Source of the DNA: an uncultured delta proteobacterium
Lineage (GTDB): Bacteria; Desulfobacterota; Binatia; UBA9968
Assembly: GCA_963847445.1 (NCBI GenBank)
Contig: CAWJZV010000020.1
Coordinates: 1 to 57,326, forward strand
DNA: 57,326 bases
Direction of reading: 5' to 3'
Within the stretch, counting starts at the first letter, position 1, and each line of letters opens with the position of its first letter. Below are positions 43,099 to 56,583 of this stretch, piece by piece. The notes beneath the pieces were generated by a model. The model did no database searches. It worked only from the letters and a program-made list of their open reading frames with translations, and was not told where the DNA came from. Both the position numbers and the translations under genes were made by a program.

Positions 43099-43523
43099 TT
43101 CACGATCAGCACCGGACAATCGGCATAGCGCAGCGTCCGCTCCGCCACACTGCCCAAGAGAAACCGCCGCAAGCCGGTCCGGCCATGACAACCCATGACG
43201 ATCATCGCGGCGCGTAATTTTTTGGCCTGACGAACGATCACATCCGCGAAGTCGGTGCCGCGTGCCAAGACGAGCCGGCACTCTGCCGGTTTGACGCCTT
43301 TGCGCTTCGCCAACTTGGCAAAGCGATCGCGCGCATCGCGCTCCATCAGACCGTAGAAGTCGAATTGTCCGCCGGTGGGCGGATAGATCAACTCTGCCGG
43401 CACGACGTTTAGCGCTACCAGCTTGGCTCTATTTTCGCGCGCCAGCCCGCGCGCGTAATCGAAGGCGCGCTCCGAGCCACGAGAAAAATCCACCGGCACG
43501 AGAAATATTTTTGAACTTGCCAT
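43095..43523 (-). CDS. Universal stress protein
   Basis: [42 protein letters not shown]. Confidence 0.95.
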   Translation of the reverse strand: [142 protein letters not shown]

Positions 43524-43544
43524 AACACCCCCTCATTGCCGTCA

Positions 43545-45240
43545 TCAGCGCAATCCCGCCAGCTCCTGGAGCAGGCGCCAGTTCTTCACCCGGTCCGCTT
43601 GGGCATGCAACAGCGTCTCCGACGGTGCGCCATCGGCGCCAAACTGCTTGGCGAACCGTCCCTCGGTGCGGGCAAAGTCGACAAATTGAAACGGCTTGTC
43701 GCCATTGGGCGGCGTCCACCAATCCTGTTTCTGCGCCGGATTGCCGACCAAGCTCAAGCGCTCGCGCAGCTTATCGCCTTTGCGCGGATCGTAGATAAAC
43801 AGCGGAAACGCGCGGCTCTCCACCGCCAGTTTGGCTTGACGCGAAGAATTGCAGTCCGGCACGCCATGCTCGGGCTGGCAGGTGGTGTAAACATTGACCA
43901 CCGCCGGTCCGGGATATTCGTTGGCTTCGATGATCGCTTTGTAGAAATGATTGATATGCGCCGCGGTGGTCTGGGCGACAAAAATATCGGGATGCATCAT
44001 GCAAATCTGCGCCAGCTCCTTGCGCCGCTCGCGCTTGCCCGGTGACGCCTTGCCGAAGGACGCCATCTTGGCGTCCTGCCCGGGAAACGACGCCGTGGAC
44101 GCCTGGCCGCCGGTGTTGGAATAGACTTGGGTGTCGAGCACCAGCACGTTGATGTCCATGCCGCTGGCCAGCATGCGGCTCAAGCTTTGAAAACCGATGT
44201 CGTACATCGCGCCGTCGCCGCCGATCACCCAGAGCTTGCTGCTGCTGCCAGCCCATTTGATCCCAGCGCGCGCGAATGCCCATGGCGTCCGCCGGCGCGT
44301 TTTCAAATAGCGAATTGGTCCACGGCACGAGATACGGGTTGTACGGATAGGTCGAGCCATAAACGGTGTTGCATCCGGTCGACGCGACGATGCCGATGTT
44401 CTCCGGCCGATAGACGAAACCGGTCGCCGCCAGCATCATGCGGATCGCCGTCGCCTCGCCGCAGCCCATGCACGAGCCGGCGCCGCCGACATAGAGCAGC
44501 GCCGCTGTTCGTCGAGCATGAAGTCCGCCAAGCGCTTTCTCATTGATATAGCGCCTCGGTGTCGGGCCGATCTGGCGAAACAGATTGAACGCGGCGCGAT
44601 AGCGCGGCAAGGTTGTGCTCATCCTTCGGCACCATCTTGAGCGCGTGATAGTCGAGTTCGTCGCACACCTGCACGCACTCCGCGCAGCCTTTGCACTTGG
44701 TCGGGTCGATGAAGATGCCGAAGAGCGCGCCATCCTCGCCTTTTTTCTCCGGCAGGTCGAAATATTTGCTGCGTGCGCGCCCAATGGGAACCCACCCACG
44801 CGCGTTCCTGCTCGTCGTCGATCTCGGCGAGAGCGCGCTCGACTCTCGCGGCGGGAATCGCTTTGCCGAGGATCGCCGTGTCGGGGCATTCGGTAACGCA
44901 GCTCATGCAACCGACGCACTTGGCTAAATCGAACTCGGGAATCTCCGGCGCGATATAGCTAAAATCGCGCAACGCGCCGGTGCCGGGCGGAATCAAACTG
45001 CGCGCCACGCCGAGATCGGCCGGCAACACCGCCGAACCCTTGCCCTCTTGATAGGCGCCGATCACGCGCCGGTTGAAGTCGTCGACATACTTATCGAGAT
45101 CGAGCTCGATCAGATGGCTGTCGGCGTAGGTCGCCTCATGGCTCTCCATCGCCGTCGCCCGGCCGTTTCATGCCGGGCGCCGGCGCAGTCTCCTGACTCT
45201 CCGTCTCAAGGGGATTAAACAGTGTTTCTTGTTCCGCCAT
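43545..45240 (-). CDS. Pyruvate/2-oxoacid:ferredoxin oxidoreductase, ferredoxin + TPP-binding (delta-beta) half, frameshifted
   Basis: CVGCMSCVTECP, CKGCAECVQVC, GSCMGCGE, STGCNTVY, GGDGAMYDIG, DTQVYSNTGGQ. Start is either 45149 or 45240. Confidence 0.85.
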
Positions 45241-45283
45241 AACGATATCTCACAGCAAACCGGGCTTATTAATTTTTGAATTC

Positions 45284-45692
45284 TTAATTGTCCTCATCCA
45301 CATGTTTCGCCAAATCGGTCACCGACAATATACCGACCGGTTTGATATGCCCGTCGACTCGCTCCGCGACCACGCAGCCGATGAATGTGCTTTTCATTGA
45401 GCAGCAGCACCGCTTCGCGAATGGTCGTGTCCGCCGTGACACTAACCACCGGTTTGGTCATCAAGTGCTCCGCCCCCATGCCGTGCCAGTGCCTAAAGTA
45501 AGGCTGGATGAAACGCGAATTGACCAAGTCCGTGCGCGAGATCACACCGACCGCCTCGCCGGCATCGTTAACCACCACCAGCGCGCTGATATCCTGCGCG
45601 TCCATGGTCTGCGCCACTTCTTCCACCGGTGTCTCGGGATGGCAGGTAACCACCCCACGGTGCATCCAGTCACGGACAGTTTTTTCGCTCAT
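45284..45692 (-). CDS. CBS-pair domain protein (one frameshift)
   Basis: VRDWMHRGVV..ISALVVV..GVISRTDL..LMTKPVV..IHRL/..GILSVTDL. Confidence 0.8.
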
Positions 45693-45704
45693 GCTAAATC
45701 CTTC

Positions 45705-45776
45705 GTTCAAGGTTCAAGAATTCAAGGGTTTAATCGGCGCTCCGACCTTGAAGATTGAACTTTTGCAGCTTGAACA
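45705..45776. repeat. Heptamer inverted repeat element (GTTCAAG...CTTGAAC)
   Basis: gttcaag-gttcaag-aattcaag ... cttgaag-attgaac ... cttgaac, between the PFOR alpha gene and the CBS gene. Confidence 0.55.
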
Positions 45777-45784
45777 GTCTATTT

Positions 45785-47727
45785 TTACGCCGCGGCCACC
45801 ATGACTTCGCGCGGAATCTCAAATACCTCGCTGCGCCCGCGCTTGACCGCCGCTAAATTTTCCTGCACCACCTTGTCGCCGCGCTTGCCAAAAAATTTGC
45901 GTAGCGACCGTTCGATTGCCGCGTACAGCTCGACATCGCCTAAGCCTCTGGCGGCGACGAACGGTGCGACTTGCAAAAACACTCCGAGCAGAACGATGCC
46001 CTGCATGCGCTGGCTTAGCTGCGCGTGGGAAGTGACCTCCTGGGCCACCTTCACCGCGTCAAGGGCGAACAGGTGAATCTGCTGGCGCCGGATGAAATCC
46101 CTGGCGTTGGCTGGGATCGATGCCCACACCTGGCTGCGGATTACGGCTCTGGTGTTGTACGAACACCGTGCCGCCGCGAATCAATCCACTCAGCGGATTG
46201 CCGAGATTAAAAGCATTGACGTTATTGAGCGGCACGAAGTCGACATGCTGCAACTCCGCGTGGGCGCGGATCGGCTCCTCGGCGACGGTCAGAAAGTAAG
46301 TCGTCGGCAAACCTTTTTTCTCCGAGCCGTACATCGGGTATGCCTGGACGCATAGGCCAAACAGATCACCGATGATGGTCGCGATCACTTTGTTGGTGGT
46401 CACCGAGCCATAGCCGCCCACCGAATGGCCGCGCATGGAAAACGCTCCCTTGGGGCGCACATCCGGTTCCTTTTCCGGGTTGAGCGCCAGCTCATGTTCG
46501 ATGCCGAGAACGAAAAATCTACGCTCACGCTTTTCGCGCATGTGATCGATGGCGGCGACAAAATCGCCGGGCCGCACATCCCGGCTGCCCAATCCAGCCG
46601 CGGCGGAATAGATCCGCGGCATCGATGCAACCTTCGGGTAGCCTGGCGCGCCGGCCAGCGCATCGGCAAAGGCCGACTTGATTTCCGCGGTCAGCGGATT
46701 TGACTGCGCCATGGGATTGTCCATGCGCTCGATCACCGCCAACGCTTTGACGATTTAAGCGCTGTCGACGATTGCCGGCCCGGGAAACGGTCGGAAACAG
46801 GTAATGTTGAGGGTGCCGACTTTGAGACCTTGCTGCTCTCGCAAATATTTCGCCGTCGCCGTCGCGGTCTCCAAGAAACTGCCCAAGCCGACGACGACAT
46901 ACTCCGCATCTAGCCAAACCGTAGCCGTCGACGGTGCCGTAGCGCCGGCCGGTGAGCCCGTAGAACTCGTCCATGACCCGGCCCATTGCGGCGGGAATGC
47001 GGTCGTAGAAATAACGCTGGGCGATCTTGCCTTTCATGTAGCTGTCTTGGTTCTGCACCACGCCGCTCATGATCGGATGGCCAGGGTGCATCAGGTTGCG
47101 CAGCCGATGTTTGCCGTTGGGATCGCCGACAAACTGTTTCATGAGCTCAGGTTCGGGCAGCTGCAAGCTCTCGATGGTGTGGGTTGTCAGAAAACCGTCT
47201 TGGATATTGAAGAACGGCGTCTCGGACTCTTCGGCGATGCGCCGGGCGATGAGCGCTAGATCCGCAGCCTCTTGGACATTGCGCGCGAACAGCATGCCCC
47301 AGCCGCAGTCCGCCACGCCCATGACGTCGTCGTGGCCGGCGTGAATATTCAAGCCTTGAGAAGTCAGCGCCCGCGCGCCAATATGAAACACCACCGGCAA
47401 ACGCTTGCCGGCGATGACGTAGAGCACTTCCTTCATGAGAATCAGCCCTTGCCCAGAGGTGAAGTTGGCGACGCGCCCGCCAGCGAGAGCGAATCCTTCG
47501 CAGGTGCTCGCCGAACTATGCTCGGATTCCAGTTCAAGAAATACTAGGGGTTCGCCCCAAAGATTTTTCTGGCCGTTGGCCACAGCCATTTGATAGCCAC
47601 CGCCCATGTTCGTGGACGGGGTGATCGGATAAGCACAAGCGCCTTGGGTGATCTGGGTTTCCACCCATACCACCGCTTCCGAACCATCGGCTGTGGTGGA
47701 AATGCCGGGAAAAGGAAATGCGCTCAT
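45785..47727 (-). CDS. Pyruvate/2-oxoacid:ferredoxin oxidoreductase, alpha + gamma half (NifJ-like N-terminus), frameshifted
   Basis: AYPITPS, ESEH, FTSGQGL, GHDD, QDGFLTTH, GLGSRD, HSVGGYG, YGSEKKG, VVQENLAAV. Confidence 0.88.
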
Positions 47728-47729
47728 AC

Positions 47730-47996
47730 TTAGTCCCGCCACCCATGCCAAAAATATTTACAACCGCGCAACAAGTCGCCCGCGGTCCACAGCGGCACCA
47801 GGTAGCCGCTATCATTGAGCACGACCATGGGTCCCAGACGAGGATTCGCCAAGTCACCGATCCACGGCAAAGATTGCCGTGGAGAATGGCGCTCCGGACG
47901 TTCGCTGGGCGGCGTCACGTCTTTCATCGCATCGACGCAAGCTTCAGCAACCAATTCCTCAGTGTCCACTTCCTGACCCTCTGTCACCGCAGTCAT
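47730..47996 (-). CDS. Small hypothetical protein heading the PFOR operon
   Basis: 88 aa, strong GGAGG RBS, stop 2 nt before the PFOR ATG. Acidic N-terminus and Trp-rich C-terminus. Confidence 0.65.
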   Translation of the reverse strand: MTAVTEGQEVDTEELVAEACVDAMKDVTPPSERPERHSPRQSLPWIGDLANPRLGPMVVLNDSGYLVPLWTAGDLLRGCKYFWHGWRD

Positions 47997-48554
47997 GCTC
48001 CACCTCCGATAATTTATCCACTCACAGACATTCGTTAACGCAATGGCGATGCCAGCTCTTTGGCGGGCATTAGCACCGGTTACGCGGTGATTTTTTCATT
48101 ACTGAGAAAATCGCCATCCGCGTCTGTCAGCACTGCAAATAATTTCTTGATGGTGGCCGAGGATTTAATTAATTGCGCGAAACCGCGCGGTAAAAATTAC
48201 CCCAGGCCTGGAAATATTCGGAACTGGGCAACATGATCGAGCAGGCTTGTATAATCGGAAGCAGAGGTGGTCGACATACAGGGTGTCACGACGGAGCTGC
48301 GCGGCGAGCCGCCGCCAGGAGAAGCGGTGGAGATTCGTTCGCTCCAGCTAGATGAACGGGAACGACTGCGGCTGGTTTTGCATATGCACGAAGGCTGCGG
48401 GACGGAAGCGGCAGCGAGACTCGGCATCAACGGGTCGCTTTAGCGTAGGCCCTTTCAACCCAATCTGCGCTGACAAGCCTTTGGCGATTTTTTTGTTATT
48501 GAGGCGGGAGCCAATGCGTAAGCGATCTGCGCGATTCAATGAAATTTGATTGGC

Positions 48555-49046
48555 CTATATATGTTTCTTCGCCGGTCGATTCGATCCTCTAGCTTTAGGC
48601 GCGGTTTTTTTGCAGTCCGGGCACAAGCCTTCAAGATAAACCGAGAAATCCACGATCTCGAATCCGGTCCGACGGGCATCGGGAAGCGGCAGCCGGCTGA
48701 GAACTGGATCGTCAAAATCGATTAGCTTATTGCACCGAACACATACCAGGTGGTGGTGATGATCCACATTGCCGTCGAAACGCGCCATCGCCGCAACATG
48801 ACTGGTTTTTCTAGAAACCCCGAGATCGACAAAAGTCTCTAAGGTGCGGTACACCGTGGTACGCGACACACCGGGGATTCGATCTTTGACGTCCTCATAG
48901 ACCTGATCGATGGTCGGATGATCTTGGCGGTCCAACAACGCCTCGAAAATCGCCCGGCGTTGCACCGTCATGGGTATGCCCCGCTCACGACACTTGGCCT
49001 CAAGACCGGCGATCTTCTCTAGTCTATCTAACTTGACCTTGCTCAT
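48555..49046 (-). CDS. Fur family transcriptional repressor (PerR/CatR-like)
   Basis: TVQRRAI, HPT, TVYRTL, HHHHLVCVRC, CPDC. Adjacent to katG. Confidence 0.9.
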   Translation of the reverse strand: MSKVKLDRLEKIAGLEAKCRERGIPMTVQRRAIFEALLDRQDHPTIDQVYEDVKDRIPGVSRTTVYRTLETFVDLGVSRKTSHVAAMARFDGNVDHHHHLVCVRCNKLIDFDDPVLSRLPLPDARRTGFEIVDFSVYLEGLCPDCKKTAPKARGSNRPAKKHI

Positions 49047-49364
49047 GATCCTCCATTGGAACCGACTACTTGCCTATCCAACTCTTCGAGCTGCTCGATT
49101 TAAAGGGACAATTTATACTATCAAGGCGGGCGACGGAATGGGTATAAAGCCAGTGCCATTTTAGACGTCGTCGCCATAGGTCGGATCGGACATGAAATAA
49201 TACTGGCGCTCCGGAATATTGTTTGGCATGTCCTCGAGTAGCCGTTGGATACGAAAAACGGTCCGGTTGGCGGACGGCCGAGTGCGCCGTCCGCCGGAAC
49301 CGGTTGTTAGCCGGCAGTTTTCTTGCCGACCCGTCAGAAGCCCTCGAAGACGATCATGTAGCGA

Positions 49365-51579
<2,215 letters not shown>

Positions 51580-51750
51580 CTATTCGTTGGCCATGCCTTG
51601 CGTAAACTTCGGTTGAGGGTCACCGAATACCGATGGCCGCGGACAATTGCCTTGACTTCATTCGCCACTGCTTTACCTCCTGTTTTTTGCTCTCAATCCG
51701 GACGGCGCCAAAGCCGTCCGGCCGGAGCGCTTAGTAAGTGTCGTTATTTT

Positions 51751-51788
51751 TTAGTTGCATAGATATTGCAACTAATAACTCTTGTCAA
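51751..51788 (-). promoter_or_regulatory. Perfect 9-7-9 inverted repeat overlapping a sigma70-like katG promoter
   Basis: TTAGTTGCA-TAGATAT-TGCAACTAA (51751-51775) and a minus-strand TTGACA at 51783-51788. Confidence 0.6.
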
Positions 51789-51951
51789 GTCTTACAAAAT
51801 AATTTGCATACTTTCCAACCGGGATTACTCAAGCGCATGGAGATAAACCGCGTGAACTCGCTTGATCGAAAAAAAATGCTTGACGTTCTTTCTGGTTTAT
51901 CCCGGCTATTGACACGCCGCTTCATCATCACGCATGGTTCAGCGAAAAGTG

Positions 51952-51987
51952 ACGGGGCCCGCGCCATCAAGCGCGAGCCCCGTTTTT
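51952..51987. terminator. Hairpin terminator after the DASS transporter
   Basis: ACGGGGCCCGCGC-CATCAA-GCGCGAGCCCCGT with a T-run on the right and an A-run shortly to the left. Confidence 0.55.
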
Positions 51988-52003
51988 GCGGCTGAGACTC
52001 GAA

Positions 52004-53498
52004 CTAGCTCAGGTAGTAACGAAGATAAGGAATACCGATCAAGAGTATCGCCGCCAGGTAGATCGCTCCAAAGATCAATCCGAGCCGCCAAAAATCTTTC
52101 CGGCTCACATACCCGCTGCCGTAATAAATCGGGCCGGGGCCCGTGGCATACGGAGAGATGATGCCCATCAATCCGAGGGTGTAGCAGAATAGCAGCGAGA
52201 TCAGCTTGACCGGCATATCGGGCACAGCGATCGCCGCGGTGAGCAGCACAGGAAGCAACGCGGTAGTGTGAGCGGTGAGGCTGGCAAACATATAGTGCAC
52301 GACGAAGTAGATAACCGTGAGTGCGATGACGATCGTCATTACCGAGTAGCCACTCAACGCGCCCGCCGAACCCACGGCAAACCACTTAAGGAACCCGACT
52401 TTGTTGAGTCCGTCAGCCATCGTCACCAGGGTGGCGAACCAAACGAGAACGTTCCACGCCTGTTTGTGCGCGAGCACGTCGTCCCATTCAACGATACGGG
52501 TCATGACCATCAATGAAAGCACCAGCAGCGCAACGGTGGTAGCGTTGATAAGATCGCCGCCGAAGATCCACAGACCCAGCGCCAGCAACGCGAGCAGCGC
52601 CATGGAAATCTCCTTGAAGCTCACCCGCCCCATCTTTTTAAGTTCTTCTCCGGCCCAGACTGGCACATCGGGACTGCTCTTCAGCTCGGGCGGATAGATT
52701 TTGTAGACGAGCCACGGCAAAAAGATGAACAGCAGCACGCCCACCGGCGCCATGCCCATGAACCATTCCGTCCAACTGATGTCGATCTTCGCGGTCGTCT
52801 TGACCAGCGACAAGGCCAAAAGGTTGGGCGCCAGATCCCGTCAGGAACATCGAGCTGGTTAAACAGGTCGTCGCAAAAGCGGTCCACATAAGGTAAGCAC
52901 CGATCTTGCGCGCCGTCGGACCCGGCTCCGAACCGTAGATCGGCGGAATATTTTTTATCACCGGGAAGATCGTGCCGCCGCTGCGAGCCGTATTGGACGG
53001 AGTGAATGGCGCAAGCACAAGATCCGCCAGGGCGACTGCATATCCTAAACCCAAAGTCTTCTTCCCCAGCCACCTGACCAAGTTCAAGGCGACGCGCCGG
53101 CCCAGGCCGGTCTTCTCGTAGCCCAAGGCAAACATGAAAGCGACGAAGATCAACCAGACCGTGCCGTCCTGAAATCCTGAGAGCGCCCACTTGATCGCGT
53201 CGGCGGGCTTCGGAACGACCAGCAGTGAAACCGTCGCAGCAGTGACTCCGATCAGTCCCACCGCCGCAGCAGGAATCGGTTCGAGGATCAAAGCAATAAT
53301 CACCGCGACAAACAGCGCGAAGTAGTACCAAGCATTCGGCTTTAGCCCTTCGGGGATCGGCAGTAGCAGAAGTATCGCGCCCACCACAACTGGCACCAAC
53401 GCCTTCCAGTACTTGCTCAAAGGGTGAGCTTCCTTTTCCGGACGCGTCAGATTGCCAACGGCAATCTGACCGGGGTTTGTCGTCATTGTCTTGCTCAT
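52004..53498 (-). CDS. DASS family dicarboxylate/anion permease (CitT/TtdT/YbhI-like), one frameshift
   Basis: LGYEKTGLGRRVAL, PFTPSNTARSGG, SSMFLT, HYMFASLTAH, PYATGPGPIYYGSGY. Confidence 0.9.
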
Positions 53499-53831
53499 AC
53501 ATTCCTCCTATTTCTCGCCATGCGAATCTACTTGGTCGCAACGCAACCGTTGTGCCGCCGCCTGGATGAGCATTTTCAGACGATTTTTAATTGTCGCCGC
53601 TGGTTTCTTTGCAGCGTTGCGAAGGTATCCGACTGGAATTACCAGTTTTCGGAAAATGATCGGCTCGACGAGTGATTATTGCGGGTCAACGTCACCAGCG
53701 GCACCGAGACTTGCAACCTGGGCACGCCATTGGGGAAAGCAGAAGGAGTCATTCGAGGCGGAGCTCAGTGTGGCTGAGCAGTCCGATAAAGTGGAACAGC
53801 CGAAAGAGAGAAATCAAACTGCCGGACGATG

Positions 53832-54575
53832 CTACTTCCACCCCACCGCAGCCATCTTCCGTCTCAGAAATGCAATCTGGGTCGACAGCGGCAGGTTTTT
53901 CGGGCAAACGTCGTGGCAGCCGAGCAGCGACAGACAACCGAACACGCCATCATCGTCGCCGATCAATTCGTAAAAATCTTTATCGCCTCGTCGATCGCGG
54001 GGATCGAGACGAAAACGGGCGATTTTGTTCAATCCCACCGCGCCGACAAAGTCCTCACGCATGCGCACTGTGCCGCAGCCGGCGATGCAGCAGCCGCACT
54101 CGATACAGCGGTCAAGCTCGTAGACTTTCTCCGCCAGCTCGGGCTCCATCTTTTCTTCCAGACGGGACAGATCGATTTCTTCTTTCTGCATGTGCACCCA
54201 AGCGTCCAGCCGTTCACTCATGTCGCGCATCCACTTGCCGGTATTGACCGAGAGGTCGGCAATCAGTTCGAAAACCGGCAACGGCGCCAGTGAGATTTCA
54301 GGTTCCAGGTCTTTTGTCAGTGTCCGGCAGGCGAGCGTCGGGCGGCCGTTAATCATCATGCCGCAACTGCCGCAGATACCGGCGCGACAGACAAAGTCGA
54401 ACTGGAGCGATGGATCTTGCTTCTCGCGAATTTCGTTGAGGGCGATGAACAGCGTCATACCGTCCGCTTCTTCTATCTCGTAGGTCTGCATACGCGGCAC
54501 GCTTCCGGGGTCCTGCGGATTGAAGCGCAGCACATTGATCTTCAGCTGGCGCCGGGCGGGAGTGGCATCTTTCAT
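53832..54575 (-). CDS. frdB: Fumarate reductase iron-sulfur subunit
   Basis: [33 protein letters not shown]. Confidence 0.93.
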   Translation of the reverse strand: MKDATPARRQLKINVLRFNPQDPGSVPRMQTYEIEEADGMTLFIALNEIREKQDPSLQFDFVCRAGICGSCGMMINGRPTLACRTLTKDLEPEISLAPLPVFELIADLSVNTGKWMRDMSERLDAWVHMQKEEIDLSRLEEKMEPELAEKVYELDRCIECGCCIAGCGTVRMREDFVGAVGLNKIARFRLDPRDRRGDKDFYELIGDDDGVFGCLSLLGCHDVCPKNLPLSTQIAFLRRKMAAVGWK

Positions 54576-56563
54576 CGCGCACCTTCCATCATTTCATCGA
54601 TCCGTTCATTCTTGCCGCGAAAGCGCTCGGGTAAAAGTTCCTCATAAGGCATTAATTTCTGTTGAATTGTGAAGCGATCGGCGCCATCGAGGTTTTTCTT
54701 CAATGTGTCGATTTCGGCGAGGCGCGCAGCCGTAGCGGGGTGATCGATATAATCCTTGGCGCCGTAACCGCGCCAGCCGGGGGGCAATTCCATTTTCTGC
54801 ACGTCCAAGTTCTCATACGCGAGCGACGGCAAGCTATCCGCTTCGCTTTTCCAGGTCGCAAGGGTGCGCTTCAGCCACCGGGCGTCATCGCGGCGCGGAA
54901 AGTCTTCGCGGAAATGCGCTCCCCGGCTTTCGCTGCGCTCGAGCGCGCCGAAGGCGACGCAGAGCGCCAGCTTGAGCATCTTTTGCACGCGATAGGCGGT
55001 GACGAGCTCCGGATTGGCGCCGCGCGCCTTGCAACGCAGGCCGATATTTCTGCTGCGCAGCAATAATTTCTGCAACGCGCCGACGGCTTCATCCAATCGA
55101 TTGCCGTTGCGGAATATGCCGACGTTCGCGGTCATGACGTGCTGCATCTCCGCCATCAGCAACGCGGGATTCTCCGTGCCCCTGCCGTCGATCAACACGT
55201 CGAGCTTCGCTTGCTCCCGCTGCAGCGTCTCATGAATCAACCGGGTTGGAATGCTCACATCGTTTTCCGATCGATCGCAGAAATCGGCGATGAATTCACC
55301 GACGATCATCCCGGCCACCACCGTCTCGGCCACAGAGTTGCCGCCCAGCCGGTTGAAACCGTGCATGTCCCAACAAGCCGCTTCGCCGGCGGAAAACAAA
55401 CCTCTGAGCGTCGGGCTTTCGCCGGTGTGATTCGTGCGCACGCCACCCATCGTGTAGTGCTGCGCCGGCCGCACCGGCACCCACTCCTTCACCGGATCGA
55501 TGCCGAGAAAATAGTGGCAGATCTCAAAAACTTCGCGCAGGTTGTGTTTGATGTGTTGCTCACCCAAAAGCGTAATGTCGAGCCACAGGTGATCGCCGAA
55601 GCGTGATCTCGCGCTTTTACCTTTCGCGATGTGCTCTTCCATGCGTCGCGAAACCACATCTCGAGATGCCAGCTCTTTTTTCTCCGGTTCATAATCGGGC
55701 ATGAAGCGATGACCATCGCCGTCGCGCAGCAACCCGCCGTCGCCGCGGGCGCCTTCGGTCAGAAGTATGCCGGCGGGGAACACAGGCGTCGGATGAAACT
55801 GCACCGCTTCCATGTTGCCGAGGGCGACGACTCCGGTCTCGAGAGCGATTGCGGTGCCGATACCCTCCGAAATCACGGCATTGGTCGTCACGCGATAAAG
55901 CCGTCCCGCGCCGCCTGCCGTGATGGCGGTGGCCTTGGCGACGTACGCAATTAATTCTCCGCTGACAAGATCACGCACCACCGCGCCGTAACAGCGCCCG
56001 CCGTCGTGGATCAAAGCGATCGCCTCAGTGCGTTCATGCACCGGAATCCCATTCGCGATCGCTTGATCGCTCATGGTGTAGAGCATCGCGTGGCCGGTGC
56101 CGTCGGACACGTAACAGGTGCGCCATTTTTTGGTTCCACCGAAGTCGCGCTGCGCTACCAGGCCGTGGGCTTCATCGCGCTCCGTGATCGTGACCTTCTG
56201 GCCGTTGATGATGACTTCGCGATCGCCCTTGCGCACCCGGCTCCATGGCACGCCCCAGGCCGCAAGTTCGCGAACCGCTTTGGGCGCGCTATTGACGAAC
56301 ATCCTGACGACTTGCTGGTCGGCGCCCCAATCGCTGCCGCGCACCGTGTCTTCAAAATGCACATCTTCGTTGTCGCCCTGGCCTTTGATGACGTTGCCCA
56401 GACTCGCCTGCATGCCGCCCTGCGCGGCGCAGGAGTGCGAGCGTTTGGGCGGCACCAGCGAAAGAATGATCACGTCATGACCGCGCCGCTTGGCGCCGAT
56501 CCCTATGCGCAGCCCGGCAAGCCCGCCGCCTATGACCAGGACGTCCGTGTAAATGATTTTCAC
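54572..56563 (-). CDS. frdA: Fumarate reductase flavoprotein subunit (Wolinella/epsilon-type)
   Basis: [55 protein letters not shown]. Confidence 0.95.
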   Translation of the reverse strand: MKIIYTDVLVIGGGLAGLRIGIGAKRRGHDVIILSLVPPKRSHSCAAQGGMQASLGNVIKGQGDNEDVHFEDTVRGSDWGADQQVVRMFVNSAPKAVRELAAWGVPWSRVRKGDREVIINGQKVTITERDEAHGLVAQRDFGGTKKWRTCYVSDGTGHAMLYTMSDQAIANGIPVHERTEAIALIHDGGRCYGAVVRDLVSGELIAYVAKATAITAGGAGRLYRVTTNAVISEGIGTAIALETGVVALGNMEAVQFHPTPVFPAGILLTEGARGDGGLLRDGDGHRFMPDYEPEKKELASRDVVSRRMEEHIAKGKSARSRFGDHLWLDITLLGEQHIKHNLREVFEICHYFLGIDPVKEWVPVRPAQHYTMGGVRTNHTGESPTLRGLFSAGEAACWDMHGFNRLGGNSVAETVVAGMIVGEFIADFCDRSENDVSIPTRLIHETLQREQAKLDVLIDGRGTENPALLMAEMQHVMTANVGIFRNGNRLDEAVGALQKLLLRSRNIGLRCKARGANPELVTAYRVQKMLKLALCVAFGALERSESRGAHFREDFPRRDDARWLKRTLATWKSEADSLPSLAYENLDVQKMELPPGWRGYGAKDYIDHPATAARLAEIDTLKKNLDGADRFTIQQKLMPYEELLPERFRGKNERIDEMMEGAR

Positions 56564-56583
56564 GATTCAGACTTTCATCTCGG

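Noticed and set aside
48197-48549. Short ORFs between the PFOR promoter region and the Fur gene; searched for FNR/Rex boxes
   Set aside because: No motifs in the ORFs and no convincing match to TTGAT-N4-ATCAA or the Rex consensus.
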